From Felis catus (Eukaryota), in assembly GCF_018350175.1 (NCBI RefSeq), contig NC_058368.1, positions 64,482,001 to 64,546,000 of the forward strand: a DNA stretch of 64,000 nt, in the 5' to 3' direction. Shown one piece after another: positions 48,500-62,348 of the stretch; the stretch's first letter is position 1, and each line of letters begins with the position of its first letter. The notes under the pieces were generated by a model that worked only from the letters and a program-made list of their open reading frames with translations, was not told the origin of the DNA and did no database searches. Made by a program: the position numbers and the translations under genes.

Positions 48500-48705
48500 G
48501 TGGAGAACTTATTATGTGCCAAATACTTCAGCTGTATTATCAAATTAACTTCTCCACGCTACCAACTGAAATAAATATTTCTTTTGTCATTTTATAAACT
48601 GAGACACCTGAGACACAGAAAATTTGAGTGACTTGTCCAGAGTCAGTTCGGACCTGGTGGGGGTTCAGCCTTGATTAAATTCGAATCTCTTGATTCTAAA
48701 TTTAG
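48500..48705 (-). mobile_element. MIR
   Basis: CATTTTATA...CTGAGACACAGA...AGTGACTTGTCCAGAGTCA. Confidence 0.65.
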
Positions 48706-49006
48706 TTGTTCCCTGTGACCTAGAGTTACCTCAAAGTCATGCATTATACCGAGTATTGGCTTTACAGCTTCTTAGCACTACTTAGCAATCAAGCAACACT
48801 GCAATTTAAGTATTATCAGCAATTTGGGTTGAAATAGTTCAGATTGCTATCTAAGTCTAGAATACAGTGAATAAATCAAACTTATTTTATTGGTCAAACA
48901 GGCATGCTTCCTACTTCATGATTTCAGCTCTGCTTTTATCACAGAAACAATATGTATATTTGATAAAGCTGAAATCCCATCTTAGCTCTTTTAAAAGTGT
49001 ACTTGG

Positions 49007-49221
49007 AGGGCTCCTGGGTGACTGAGTTGGTTAAGCGACCGAATTAGGCTCAGCTTACGATCTCACGGTTTGTGAGTTCGAGCCCTGCCAGGCTGTGTGC
49101 TGACAATGTAGAGCCTGGAGCCTGCTTTGAGTTCTGTGTCTCCCTCTCTCTTTGCTCCTCACCTGCTCATGCTCTGTCTCTGTCTCTCTCAAAAATGAAT
49201 AAACATTAAAAAAATGTTTAC
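49007..49221 (+). mobile_element. CanSINE
   Basis: TSD AAAGT(G/T)TACTTGG. Confidence 0.93.
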
Positions 49222-49779
49222 AAAGTTTACTTGGGAACATTAGTTACTTAGTAGTCATTTTTGAAAACAAGATTTTTGCATGAGTTGGTGTAATGGATGA
49301 GGAAAAGGTGGGATGGATAAGAGAGGTAATATTAAATCAAAAGCAAAGATCAAGTGTAGAGGGAACAGCACTGATGTCATCAAGGGCCATAACAATGATT
49401 AGCATAGACAGGAGCACTCTGTGGGCTCAGATGAAAACGTAGAATTCAGGTAAAAAGGCTGTGCCATGATGAAAGGTATGAAGCAAATCTTCCAAAGACC
49501 ATCAGGGTTTACCTGTGCAAGGGCACCTATAGAAGGGAGGCTGTGGTGAGCTTTATTTGAGAGTTTAAATAGGAGGAAGAGGACTTTGGGGTCCTTGTTT
49601 CTTACAAAACATTAAATATACTTCCTATTGTGTGTATTCTGACACACGGTCATCATCTAAGGTTTTCCATTTTATTGCTTTTTCTGGTCCTGTCTAACTA
49701 TTTCTAATTTGTCTCTGTTATGTAGTTTGGGATTATAAGCCAAATCAAATTATGAGTAAGTGGATTGGAGGGTCACTGA

Positions 49780-50790
49780 CTCATTAATTCAAAAATATTT
49801 CTTGAGTTCCCTTCATCAGATCAGATACCATACTAGTCCTAAGAACGCAGTGATCCAGCCCTACTGTGGTGCCTTTCCTGTTTAAGGGCACATTTTACTG
49901 CAGAGAGAGATAGTAAACTACTTACTATCTCGTTAAAAGTCTTAAATGTTATGAAGGAAACTACTGGGTACATTGAAAGCTTATAAGACAGAATTGATGT
50001 AGTTAGGGCTAGAGTTTTAAAGATGTAATTTTAGGTTAAGAAATTAAACATAAGTAGGGTTTCTCTCTAAATGAGGCTAGAGTATGGCAGGAGAAAGAAT
50101 ATTTGAACAAGCCCTACAGCTGGGAAAGGAGTGAGCTTGTTGAAAGATGTGGAAACAAGAAAAGGAAGGTGTCTGTAGTCTCTGGAAGGGGTTCAAGAGG
50201 AAGCCGGCGCTGAGGAGTTAGCAGGGTGAGGTCATATATGCACTTTAATAACATGCTCATGATTTTAAAATTTGTATCCTACCAACAACTTGAATGAAAT
50301 AATTTTTCAAAGAAGAAGGATTTTTTAAAGGAGCATTCCAGAGGATGGAGTGAATTTGGATGAAGTCTCAAATAAAGGTGAAAGACTATTTGGACCACAA
50401 TTAACATGATCCAAGTGAAGTCCCAAAGAAAGGAGCTGTGGTAGAAGCAGGAAGAAGTAGATACATGTGGAATAAATTTAGAAAATGTAATTATATGTAT
50501 CTGGTTATTAATTGGACTCAGGAAGGAGTTTAGGAATGATTCTAGGTTCTATGACCAGAAGAATGAATGTACTACTTACTGAGAAAGAGCACTGGCCCAA
50601 GACCAAGGTTTTGTGGAAAACATCCTAAGTTGGTTTTATGACACTGAGTTTGAAGTGTCTGTGTGATCTCTAAGTGAAGATGTTAAGGATTTAATTAGAT
50701 ATGAGTCTAATTCTCAGTGGAAGGTCCCAAGTGAAGGTGGAATTTGCAAAGTACTAACAGAGTCCTGGGACTATAAACATGATAATGGGG
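49780..50790 (-). mobile_element. L2 fragment
   Basis: CATTAATTCAAAAATATTTCTTGAG 3' end followed by purine-rich antisense L2 body. Confidence 0.65.
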
Positions 50791-50824
50791 GTGCTCAAAT
50801 GAAACTGAATGATGAGAACATATC

Positions 50825-51420
50825 TGGAAGCAATTCCACTCCCAGGAATATACCTGAAAGAAGTGAAAACATAGGTTTAAACAAAATCTTGTACCAGATG
50901 TGCACGGCAATATTATCCATAATAGCCAAAAAGTTGAAACAAACCAAATGTTCATCAAATGATGAGTGAATAAGCACAATGCAGTGTATACATACTATGG
51001 AATATTATTGAGCTATAAGAATGAGTGAGGTATTGATATGTATTACAACATGGATGAATCTTGAAAACATACTAGGTAAAGGAAGCCAGACACAAAAAAC
51101 TCAAATGGTACCATTCCATTTATTTGAAATATCCAGAACAGACAGATCTGTAGAACAGGCAGAACAAGGGATTGCCAGGGGACAGGGGTGGGTGGCTAGG
51201 TGTGGGGGAGGGGGGAATGGGAAATGACTGCTAATGCTGCTAATGAGTATGGGGTTTCTTTCTGTAGTGATGGAAAGGTTCTAAAATTGATTACGGTAAT
51301 ATTGCACAACTCTGTGAGTCCACTAGAAACCACTGAACTGGATATTTTAAATGGATGAATTATATGATATGTGAATTATAATCTCAGTAGAGCTACTATA
51401 TTAAAAACAACAACAACCAT
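50825..51420 (+). mobile_element. L1MB-like 3' fragment
   Basis: GCAATTCCACTCCCAGG...ACAACATGGATGAATCTTGAAAACAT... and 3'UTR. Confidence 0.85.
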
Positions 51421-54400
51421 ACAACAACTCACTGATAGCACAGCAATGGGAGATCAGAAGATTGAATAGTAGAGAAAAGTAGGGAGAATATTTGGAAAAA
51501 AGTAGTTTAGGGAAAAGAAGGGGTTGATTTCAAAAGAAGCTACATGGGAAAGAGAAGGAAGTAATATTAATGGTAAGCTTAAAGTGAGTAAAGGGGCAAA
51601 GACTCAAGGTTCTGAGATGATTAATATGTTCAAGTTCCAAATAGTATAAAATATACACTAGTTAAGGCAAGACTTGTAATATATGATGATCACTTTTCAT
51701 TCTTAAAGTCTCATCTGATGGCATGATGCAAGAATTTAGGTAAGTGCAACCAATTGTACATCAGTCTGATTTTTTTTTGGTTATTATTTTGTGTCTTTCA
51801 ATCATTTTGCTTCATGTTCAGATTTTGTGTATTGGACCAGATGAAAGGCAAGTTCTATTTAGAGAAATCGGTAGACACATAGGAGATAGAGGAGAGGAAT
51901 AGATTTTTATCTATAGGGCCCTTGCCTAAAGAAAGCATGACGTTACTGCTAAGAGAACACTAACCCACCCTCCCACCCCTTCTTTGGCTCCCATCCCCAG
52001 CCCTGGAGCGTAAACACTGCTGGTCCAATGTAAATAGTAGAAAATCAACTTCTTCTCACATTGCTTATAAGATGTGTAAAGCAAAGGACAATTCTGTGCA
52101 AACCAAATAAAATGAACTGTCAATTTCACTCAGGGAAGCACTTAAGAGTAGTTATGCATATAAGCTGCAGCAACTCATTTAGTCATAAAAATCAATAAGA
52201 CTGCCACCTGGGTCATCAGGGGAAACATCACCACGGCAGAAAAACAAATCTGAGCTTTCATAACAATGAGACAGAAGTCTCATCCTTCATTAAACCACAG
52301 CCTGTATTTTTTTTCTTCCAGCTGAGAAACCGTTAAGCATTGTTATTGCTTATTCTAGCTGTAACAAGTGACTTTTTCTCCCTTTCATAACACATCACTC
52401 TCTCTTAAGTGGTGCCTCCTTGCTAAAATACATTGTACACTGCAAGGAGGTGAATTTCTAGAATAAGAATTTCAGAACCCTGATTCTACCTTACATCATA
52501 GGTGAAACAGCCAGTGTCAAATATTATTAAATGCCAACACTGGACCCCAGTATCCTCAATAAGGAATGAATTTAATACTGTCAAACTCCTGTTTGTTTTG
52601 AAATTTCATGCATATTAATTTTTTTGACCCACAGGTGATATCTAATGTTAGATTCTGTCCTTATATACATTGTTTACATCTGGAACTCAAAAGGCAAGTT
52701 TATCATGTTTCTTCAAAAAAGAATTAATGATCCCACCTGTCAATTACCCCTCCATCTCCCATTCTTCTTTCTTGGCATCGTCTGCACATTCTCCCCTTCG
52801 AGAAGGACATGGCTCCTTCCGAAGCATCCAAGGCCTTAGATCATTTTCCAAGCACATATGAATAAGGCACAAATCCTACCTTTGACCTACTGCCAAAGCT
52901 CAAACCATTTTATAGGTATTTTTTTTCAGTTCACCTCCTCTATATAGATCCTTTTCATATGAGTACCAGATCTATCCAATTTATCCCTAATCCTCGAAGC
53001 TGTAATCTTTATTGATGTAATCCCTCCATTCCTTTCAAAGGTATAGAGGTCAAATCTCTATTGGCTAAACTCTTTTATTTTTTTCTAGAGAGATACTCTA
53101 TAGAAGATATTACAAATCAAAATAGTGTTTTCTAGTAAAGACAAAATTAGTTTTGATTAATTTCAAGGCACAATATACTTACTATACCTAACCATAGTAT
53201 TATTTCCATTATTCTGACGGAAAGTCTCATAATGATATTCTGTTGGAAATTTTCCTTTCACCTATGGACATGAGTTTTCATATCCTTTTTGATGAAGTAT
53301 GTAAGTAGCCACAAATAGAATAGAATGGGTTTCGTGAGAAGTCCCAAAATACCAGGGTATAAACATAAAATGTCTTGATAGTGTCCCCAACCATTCCTTT
53401 CATCTGAACACTGTCAAATCTGCATAGTAGGTACTTTAATGACATCTTTTTCAAATTCCAAAAATTTCCCTTTAACTTTGAGTTTAGAGCACAATCTCTT
53501 TTCTAAACAGAAGACACAAGACACAACCCTTGTTAGTATTATAGACTTGGAAGCTAACTTAATTTAAAAAATAAGTCTTGCTCTTCCTGAACGGTGATGC
53601 TGACTGCTTGGAGTGGGGGGTGGGGAAAGTGGTCTGTCTATCCCCCCTCCCTCAGTAGCTAGCTCCCCCTGTGTTTGGATCAGGCAGGAGGAAGAGGAAG
53701 AATAAGGCTCCCTATGCCAGTAGTAGGTGTTCTTTGTTGCACTGGGTGAGGTTCTGTTTCTACTGGGGTGGTTTATAGTAGTGATGTGAGTATCCCCTTC
53801 ACTCCAAGTACAACATCACTCAATACCTCCCTTCATCTAGTGCAAGGGGCTCCTGTCTCCATTTGGCCCTTCTCAGGGTCTGACACAATAGAAGACTCAC
53901 AGCTCTTGCCCCTCTAATAACCAGTGCCCCTTAACATATCATTCCCTAGAACTGTAAAACCACATAAGGAAATCTTTATTTGCCCCTTTCAAGTGCTGTG
54001 ACGAAATGGAACATAAACCGGAGGTTGCTCCATATTGTTTCTGACAAAAACTTGCCATCATTTCTTCAAGCCCTACTTCCAAACACAACTCCACAGACTC
54101 TTTCAGAATTCATTAGAACTGTAAAGAGCTCTAGTCTCTGTTTAAACAATCTCCTTAATCTGCAGGGGATACATGTAAAGTGTTTCCCTGTTCCCTGCCT
54201 TAATGGCAGATGGGGTCTAAACAAAGGTGACAGTTTAGACAGATGCTCCCAGAATATTCTTCCAAGAACTCTGCACCTGGGTGAATCTGTGGTTCTAAGG
54301 TAAGCAGCTAGCCCAAATAAAGAGGTCAATTTTCCATAGTAACCTGAAAACCCCAACTTCATGAGATATTCCTTTAAATACCCTGTGCTACCCCAACCCC

Positions 54401-56257
54401 CCCCCCCCCCCACACACACACACAAACGCACTCTTGGAAAGGAAAGCATTCCCTCCACCACGGCATCCTCCCTTTAGGAGAGGTGAGATTAGTTCCATTC
54501 TGCATTTATCTTCTCACTGCTCCCTTTATTCTTTTTACATTAGATGAAGGTGGGTTGTACATAAGGCTGGTTCTCACCAACAGTGAACCCTACAGAAAGG
54601 TGATGGTCCCAGTTGCGTAGGCTCTGTGACAAAGAATGTGGCCATTTTTTTTACAGTTCTATCACCCAAGGATGGATTCTGTAAGTGATTTGGCTATATT
54701 TCCCATCAGATTTCCCACACAGCAGCAGTATAAGAGATTCACTAGTTCGTCTAGTTAGGCAACCTGAGCTACCCATTCTTATTCGTGAATTGTGTATTTT
54801 GTGTTAATGCCAAATGAAACATAAAATCAAGAAAAATAACAAAATATTTTAAGGATTTCTCGTGAATTGAGTACTTACATAAGTTTGCAATATTTAAAGC
54901 AGAACTAAAGATGCTGTCTTGCTAATACGAAAATATTTTAGTGTTTTTACTCTTCCTCTTAATTTACCTAGTTTCTTATTTTCCCATCAAATCACATTAC
55001 TTGCTTATTATTTTGCTAATAGTGAAATGGGAATAATAACCACTCCACAATAGTGTGCTATATTAATTTGTTAATTTTGTTGAGCCATTGAAAGACCAAA
55101 ACACTAACTTGCTGTTTGGAGAATGAAGATGTCTCCAACAAAGCATAGAAAAAGAGCTTGCAGAGTTGCAGTAAATTCAGTCTGATGCTACCATTAGCTT
55201 AAATGCCTTTACTAAATGGTACCAACTGAGATCATTAGCTTTGCTTTCATAGCAATTTTCTTGATGTTACTTAGCAACTTCACTTTGAAAATGCCCATTT
55301 CACATCCCTATAGCCTAAGGAGCACCATTAGTAGTAAAACTACATGTTTGATTGCACAGCCAGAGAAGAGTTAATGATAAGTCCTGAAGACCTATCACTT
55401 GCTACCATGAGACTGTTCAGACAGTGACCACTTACTACGCATGAACTAATAACAAAGCCACATTAAAAGCATAAAAATTTATACACCATAAATTAAGAAT
55501 AATAAATTAAGAATATTGAATCACTTTTACATGCAGCATGCTGCAAAATATCAAATTAATATCTATACATTATTGTGTAAAATGTGCGTCAATAAGAAGT
55601 TTTGTGTAAGGTCAAGATTATTTGAGAGAAGAAAACTGAAATGTACTGAATACTCCTTCCCCATAAGAAATGTATAAATATTTCCTAATATAACCTAGAC
55701 ATGATCATGCACTTAATAAACAAAAATGCCTTTGATGATATGAAAATTCCTTGAGGACAATGACTTTTTCAAAAATCAATGTGGTATAACAACTCTAGAA
55801 ACTTTAAGTCATCAAAATGTTAGAGTTAAATCATCTATTCTTCCTTCCATTTTTCTGTATGTTTTTCAATTGCTTATAAATTAGCATGTGTAGTTTTTTT
55901 TGAGTGATATGATATTACTTTCAAGCAAAGGTATTTAATGTAATCCAATTCATATCTATTGACTAGCTACATACAAATAAGCACTCAATACGACAGGCCT
56001 ATTTGGTTATTTTTAAATTACTAAAACAGAAATTTAACTATTCTCATCTTTATTCTAGAAACAGTATACCTTGTATTTTTCAATACATAGGCATTTTTTT
56101 CTTACCAATGGGAGGGCTCATCCATTTTTTCCTAACTGAAAAAAAAAGCAAAAACACTTAAATATTATTAATAAGTCAAAACTCTTCTTCAGTGGCTTGA
56201 TGCCATAATCACTGGTTTTGTTTCTAATCTTCTGGTGTCCCTCAGTGGTCCTTTTTT

Positions 56258-56318
56258 AAATAAACATATTTATTTATTTTGAGAGTGTGAGAGAGTGTGC
56301 TTGCACAATCAGGGGAGG

Positions 56319-56366
<48 letters not shown>

Positions 56367-56500
56367 GACAGAGAATCCCAAACAAGCTCACACAGACAAC
56401 GCAGAGCCCAATGGGGGCTCCATATCACGAAGCATGAGATCCTGATCTGAGCCAGAATCAAAAGTCCAAAGTTTAACCTACTGAGCTACCCAGGCACCCC
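56258..56500 (-). mobile_element. CanSINE with expanded (GA)n
   Basis: Reverse body, TSD CAGTGGT..CCTTTTTT. Confidence 0.9.
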
Positions 56501-56617
56501 CAGTGGTTTCCTTTTTTGCTTATTTTCCCTTAAATATAGATAGTCCTTAAGACTTTGTTTTTGCTTATACACTCTGATGGTTTTACTGACACATTTCATG
56601 AGTGACAGTTAAATCAG

Positions 56618-56750
56618 CATTCATCTATCCATCCATCCACCCAAACATTAACTCATTCAACATGTATTGAATGCTACTGTATTTCACCAAGTGCACTAGG
56701 TGATGGGGATTCAAGGATGAATAAGACATGGTTCCTGCTTTAAAAAGAAA
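56618..56750 (-). mobile_element. L2 3' end
   Basis: CATTCAACATGTATTGAATGCTACT...GATGAATAAGACATGGTTCCTGC. Confidence 0.75.
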
Positions 56751-57149
56751 GTGTTGGATTTTTCTATCTAGATAGACTGACATCCCTTCAAGTTCAACAT
56801 ATCTAAAATTAAATTTTTGATTATCCCAGGTTGGATCTCCAGTTAACATTTTCTAGTTCTGTTCATGGTTATGTCATGTTTCCCTCTTAGGTTACTTTGC
56901 TGATCCTGTCTTCCTCACGATCCTTATCCAGTCAATCTCCATTGCTGCCTTGTTGTTGAGTTCCTTATTACTTCATATCAGGATCACTCGGTTTTCAAAA
57001 CATCCTTATTTACAAAAGACGGATTTTAAAATCTTATTTCAGTAAATCATGAGAGGAAAACATGTGAATTAAATATATAATAAGAATAGTGAGAAGTCAC
57101 CATCTCCTACTTCTACACACTCATAGACATACCTCTCAGGAATAATGAT

Positions 57150-57380
57150 ATTAGCTAGCATTTCTAAAGCTTATTGATTGGTTTCTACTTATGTCAAGTA
57201 TTGGACTAAGGTCTTTTCATTCCTTGTAAAAAAAAAAATTACCACAGCAGATCCATGTCAAAAATTCTATTTTTATCACCCATTTAGAGGAGAGGAAATG
57301 AGTAATTTGACTAAAGCCATTTAACTAAAGTGTGACTATGGAGATTCAAACCCAGTAGGTCAGATTTCAGAACCTATTTT
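57150..57380 (-). mobile_element. MIR
   Basis: CCCATTTAGAGGAGAGGAAA...GATTCAAACCCAG. Confidence 0.6.
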
Positions 57381-57709
57381 TTGTAGTCTTTGTAACTTAC
57401 CTTTGGCTTATTCTTTTTCTTTCTTTCTTTCTTTTTTTGTAGTTATGCCAATAATTCTAAACAACTTTAGATAATGCCTATTGGCTCTTCATTAGGAAAG
57501 AAAAGAGTTGAGTTCACTTTGCTTCAATCTACTTCCATTGCTTCTCTCTTAAAAATATGTAAATATTTTAAAATATCTTGTAGCTTATATCTTTATTTTA
57601 ACTTTTTTTGTTCAAACAATAGCATATTATACAGTGTTATTAGATGCCTTTCTTTTTCCCTTAAAAGAAAAAAACCTCGCTCATATTATGTTTGCACATT
57701 TACAATTAT

Positions 57710-57921
57710 ATTATTATTATTATTATTATTATTATTTAATGTTTGTTTATTTTTGAGAGAGAACAAGAAGGGGAGGGGAAAAGAGAGAGGGAGACAGAGG
57801 ATCCAAAGCAGGCTCCACTTTGTCAGCACAGAGCCCGATGCAGAACTCAAACACACAAAGAGTGAGATCATGACCTGAGCCAAAGTCAGACACTTAGCCT
57901 ACTGAGCCACCTGGGCACCCC
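57710..57921 (-). mobile_element. CanSINE with (TTA)n tail
   Basis: Reverse body, TSD TACAATT. Confidence 0.92.
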
Positions 57922-60071
57922 TACAATTGTAATTTTTTAAAGGCTATCTAAAATTCTATGCTACCTTGTGATATATGTATATTCATTCACTCAGCCTTCA
58001 TTAATAGATTTAGGTACTTACACTCTTCTATTACAAACAGTACAGCCCTGCATACAGAAGAACACTTCTGTGATTCCAGATTTAGGAAAGTTTTCTTTAA
58101 GATACTCCAGATTTACAGTGGAAGCTTCAGTTCTTCTACGAGTTTGTTTAGCCTCTTCCCTGTCCTCTCTCCCTACCTGCAGCATATACCAGGCTGTCAG
58201 TCCTGTGAACAAAGGTGGGGCCAGATGCTGGAAGTCTCAGTGTTAGACCTGCAGTGAATACCATTAACCCTGAGTTCGTGCCTACCTTCTATATACCACT
58301 GACTCTGAGCTTGTTCTTTGCATGTCCTACAAAAAAGATCAGCCACCACTTCTGCCACAGTGGCCTTGTTTTCTCATGTTTCAACCTGCTTCTGTATTCA
58401 ATTTTTTTTTTTATATTTCTCATGCAGTGACAATCTTTTTCAACTTCTGCTTTAGTTCCATTTACTATTAGTTGGAAGACCATATAAAAAGTCTTTTGTA
58501 ACTTTTATAATGAAAAATTATATTTATTTGTAAATAGCTTTTATCACAGTGTTCACTGAGGAAAAAATACCTTCTTTAGTATCCTTCTGCATTAATTTTA
58601 TGTATTTGCTTTCCTGGTAAACTTTACTCTGTGTATTTTTCCCTGTGTACTTTGACCCAGGCATTGATCATATATGATATATGCAATTCAGAAAATAAAT
58701 GAAAATCAGAAACTCAAGAACTATAAATGCTGGCTAGAGACCAAAGACTGGAAAACTGGACTATGAATATGCATGCAGACCATATTTATACACAAGTCAC
58801 AGTGCTTTTGACTCCTCTCTCTACCTAATTGTAGTGAATGAAACTATAGGAGAACCATGTAAATGAGGAGAGAAAGAGAGAACTAGTTGAATCCTATGAG
58901 AAATTGGTCTACTAATCCTTCTAATGAGCTTGGATGAAATATGCGAGTCTGCTGTCCTGGCTATTTGCCTGGGCTCACTCACTTCTGGTTGCTTCTCATA
59001 GGGAGGACATCTTATTGAACAGTATGTATTTAGAATCTGATGTATATGAAAAACACTTGACCTAGTATTTGTAGAATAGCAACCATTTTCAACATTGGAG
59101 AAGAGACTGGTTGGGTCAGGTTTGAATTTTGAAACACGGTAAGTTGGTTTCTCAAGTGGAACCTAGCAAGGAGATTTTTAGGGATGAATTTGTCTGTATA
59201 TTATTTTGCCCGATGTGCTAATTTAAAAACCTAACTCCTGTATAAGATAGATCGCTACTGCTTTGTAGTTGAGTGGTGAATAACATATAAGGTATTCCAG
59301 ATAAGTGAGCCAGCTTTGATACATGAACCAATATGATTCATTATATGATTATTATATTTTATAAAGGAAAATCTACAAATTCCTCGGGGGGAGCAAACTC
59401 TTTTGGAACTTAGCTCTGCCGTACATTTGTGAATGGCTCTGCAATGAGTGAGCAGGGAGTGAGACCATGAACAAGGCATTTGACAACATTATGAATGAAT
59501 ACCTACCAGGTAACTCTGACAGTGATAGGAAGTAAGTGGCTAACAATAGGAGTATACTGGAAGTAAGCCCAGAGAAGCCTCAGGAGGTATTCATTAAGGA
59601 AATCAATGCTGGATGTCACTAGGAGTATTTTTTTTTAAACTAATTCCATGGGGATCACGTCATCTTGCAAGACAGATCCTTGAAGTTGATTAACCTGAAA
59701 ATACAAGCCTAGGCCATCTACGTGTAAAAGCTTGTGTTAAATAGAACCAAAAATTTCAGCTAGTGATAAAAATTCTCTTTGCTCTAGCTCCTTGGTTGCT
59801 AACAAATATTGCTTATGAAAAATGAAGTGAAGAAGATGTTTTCCAAAAGGTATCTAGAATATGATTGTATAACTTCAGAAAAAGATGATTAAAATATTTA
59901 AGTCAATTACCAAGATAGAATAATGGACTAATTTACAGATAGTCTGTATCAATTTTGTTCTCACCTCCATGTTTTATTGAGTATTGTCAATAGGTTTATT
60001 GAGCATTAGTCAACAACAACAACAAAATGAAGTTTTGTTACTGCCAATGTAAAAATAATACTGCCAATGTA

Positions 60072-60072
60072 A

Positions 60073-60109
<37 letters not shown>
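60072..60109. repeat. (TAA)n microsatellite preceded by a 20-bp-period tandem duplication
   Basis: TACTGCCAATGTAAAA at 60039 and 60059. Confidence 0.9.
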
Positions 60110-60110
<1 letters not shown>

Positions 60111-60867
60111 ATAGCCTTGCTTCCAGATATCATTTCCTGGTTTTCTAGTGCCTGGCTCAACTTAATTAGTCTCATAATTACTATTAGAATGGATATGGTT
60201 GTTGCTATTCTAATTATAACAATCTCCTGTTTTAGACCATATCTTGGCTCAGTTCAGCCACATTTTGATTTGTCTTGTTTTGACGGAGAAAATAATTCTC
60301 ATTAAACCAACTCTCAAAACATTACTTGAACAAGGAAGATATATTCTGAACCATCATTACTCCTTCCCAGAGCCTTTTTTTACAGAATTCCCCCACAGGT
60401 CCTGCTTCTCCTGATACCATCTTGCTTCTGATTGGTTTATAATTCCCAGGAGTGAATTCTCTCACTGGCTTCCTTTCTGCAAGTACTCAATTAGGGCGTG
60501 GATACCTGATCATTATTGGCTCTTATTATATCACAAAAACTGAGTTTTTAAAAAAAGAAACATCAAAATATTCCAGTGATCGGTTGGTAGTGACAAGTTA
60601 GAGTTATCTCTGGTCACATTATATTTTATACTAAGTTTACGTAAAGGCTTGAAACTTTATGTAGGAAAATTTATACACAAGGCTTGACATTGACTATTCA
60701 TTCCAGCCCTGAGGGTAGAGTTTAAGTGCTCCTCTACAGCTATTCATTAGTAACTGATCCTATTGATTCATGCTTTTGAAAGTGAAATTACAAGTCTAAA
60801 CAAACAAATATATATCTTTGGCTAGAACAAAAGTGTAACAAATCTTTGACTTCAAAAAATTTTTAGA

Positions 60868-61083
60868 GGGGCACCTGGGTGGCTCCATCAGTTGAGCATC
60901 TGACTTGGGCTCAGGTCATGATCTTTTGGTTCAGCAGTTGGAGCCCCAGCTTAGGGCTCTGTGCTGACAGCTCAAAACCTGAAGCCTGCTTAGGGTTCTG
61001 TGTCTCTCTCTCTCTCTCTCTCTCTGCCCCTCCCCCACTTGTGCTGTGTCTCGCTGAAGAGTAAATAAACATTAAAAATTTTT
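60868..61083 (+). mobile_element. CanSINE
   Basis: Head, CT tract, tail. Confidence 0.92.
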
Positions 61084-61789
61084 AAAAAATATTTCTAGTA
61101 AACAATTTCCCTGTACATGTTAAGGTTACTATATAATATGTCTATGAGGAAAGAATAAATTAGGATTGCTAGTTAGCATTGGGGGTAAGCTAATGTAGAT
61201 TTTAACTTCACACATAACAATAAATAAATTCTTTGCATATTAAAGGTTAAGAGTTGAAAAATTAAAAAACAGCAAAAGTATATTGTTTATAAAAGAAAGC
61301 ACTGTCTATAATATCAGTGGGATAAGATTAAAATGAAAAGAAAGATTAAAAGAATAATTCATACACAGATCTGTCATAAAGCCATTCAAAATTAAAGAAA
61401 ATAGTAAGTGTGAAAATACTTTCATGGGATTGAGAAAATCATTAAGATTCGCCCACAAATGAAAAATGAGTGCATTGGAGCTGCTGTGCGTCACAACTCC
61501 ATGGGGTATCATTGACCAGGTGGAATAATAATACATATACTAAATATTAATGTTTAAATTATTAAAAATAACTTTTAAAAGAAATATAAAATACTTCATG
61601 TGTTAAAATTGATTTTTATAAAGTCTAAATTTTATAATAATAAAACAGATTTGGAAAAATTAAAATACTTTTCCCCAGAGGAAAATGAGACCTGAAAGAT
61701 TATTGCCTCTGAGAGTGAAAATTGGCAGCACATTTTTATAAACCATTTGTTGTGTGTTTCCTATCCACTGTTCTGTAAATTGCACTTTT

Positions 61790-62008
61790 TTTTTTTAATT
61801 TTTTTCAACATTTATTTATTTTTGGGACAGAGAGAGACACAGCATGAACGGGGGAGGGGCAGAGAGAGAGGGAGACACAGAATCGGAAACAGGCTCCAGG
61901 CTCTGAGCCATCAGCCCAGAGCCCGACGCCGGGCTCGAACTCACGGACCACGAGATCGTGACCTGGCTGAAGTCGGACGCTTAACCGACTGCGCCACCCA
62001 GGCGCCCC
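61790..62008 (-). mobile_element. Young CanSINE (SINEC_Fc1 type)
   Basis: CpG-rich, perfect 16-bp TSD TGTAAATTGCACTTTT at 61774-61789 and 62009-62024. Confidence 0.97.
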
Positions 62009-62292
62009 TGTAAATTGCACTTTTAAGAGGTTGACATATAAAAATAATCCAGAATTTAGATGAATATTATACAGAAATGTGTCTTTTATGCATTCTAAAT
62101 ATTGAACACTAGAAAAATAGTTTTAAAGGTATAGTCCATACAATGAAATATTTTGTAACCATTAACACTGGTGATGATTAAAAGAATTGGTGCTAACACC
62201 AATTAAATATATATAATATATAGTATATATTTTTTTCATGAGAACAGAAACATTTTCATCCTGCATATATATTATATATACAGGGAGGTAAT

Positions 62293-62297
<5 letters not shown>

Positions 62298-62343
<46 letters not shown>
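62298..62343. repeat. (TA)n microsatellite
   Basis: Read directly from the sequence. Confidence 0.95.

Positions 62344-62348
<5 letters not shown>

Noticed and set aside
25829..54425. Two similar C-run + (CA)n tracts at 25829 and 54398
   Set aside because: Common low-complexity motif with unrelated flanks.
57958..58483. Stack of overlapping short ORFs
   Set aside because: No recognisable product; the surroundings look like very decayed old LINE sequence.
1397..62020. Recurrent short ORFs such as MAQSV...AQVMISR...SLEPASDSVSPSLS
   Set aside because: They are translations of CanSINE copies, not a gene family.
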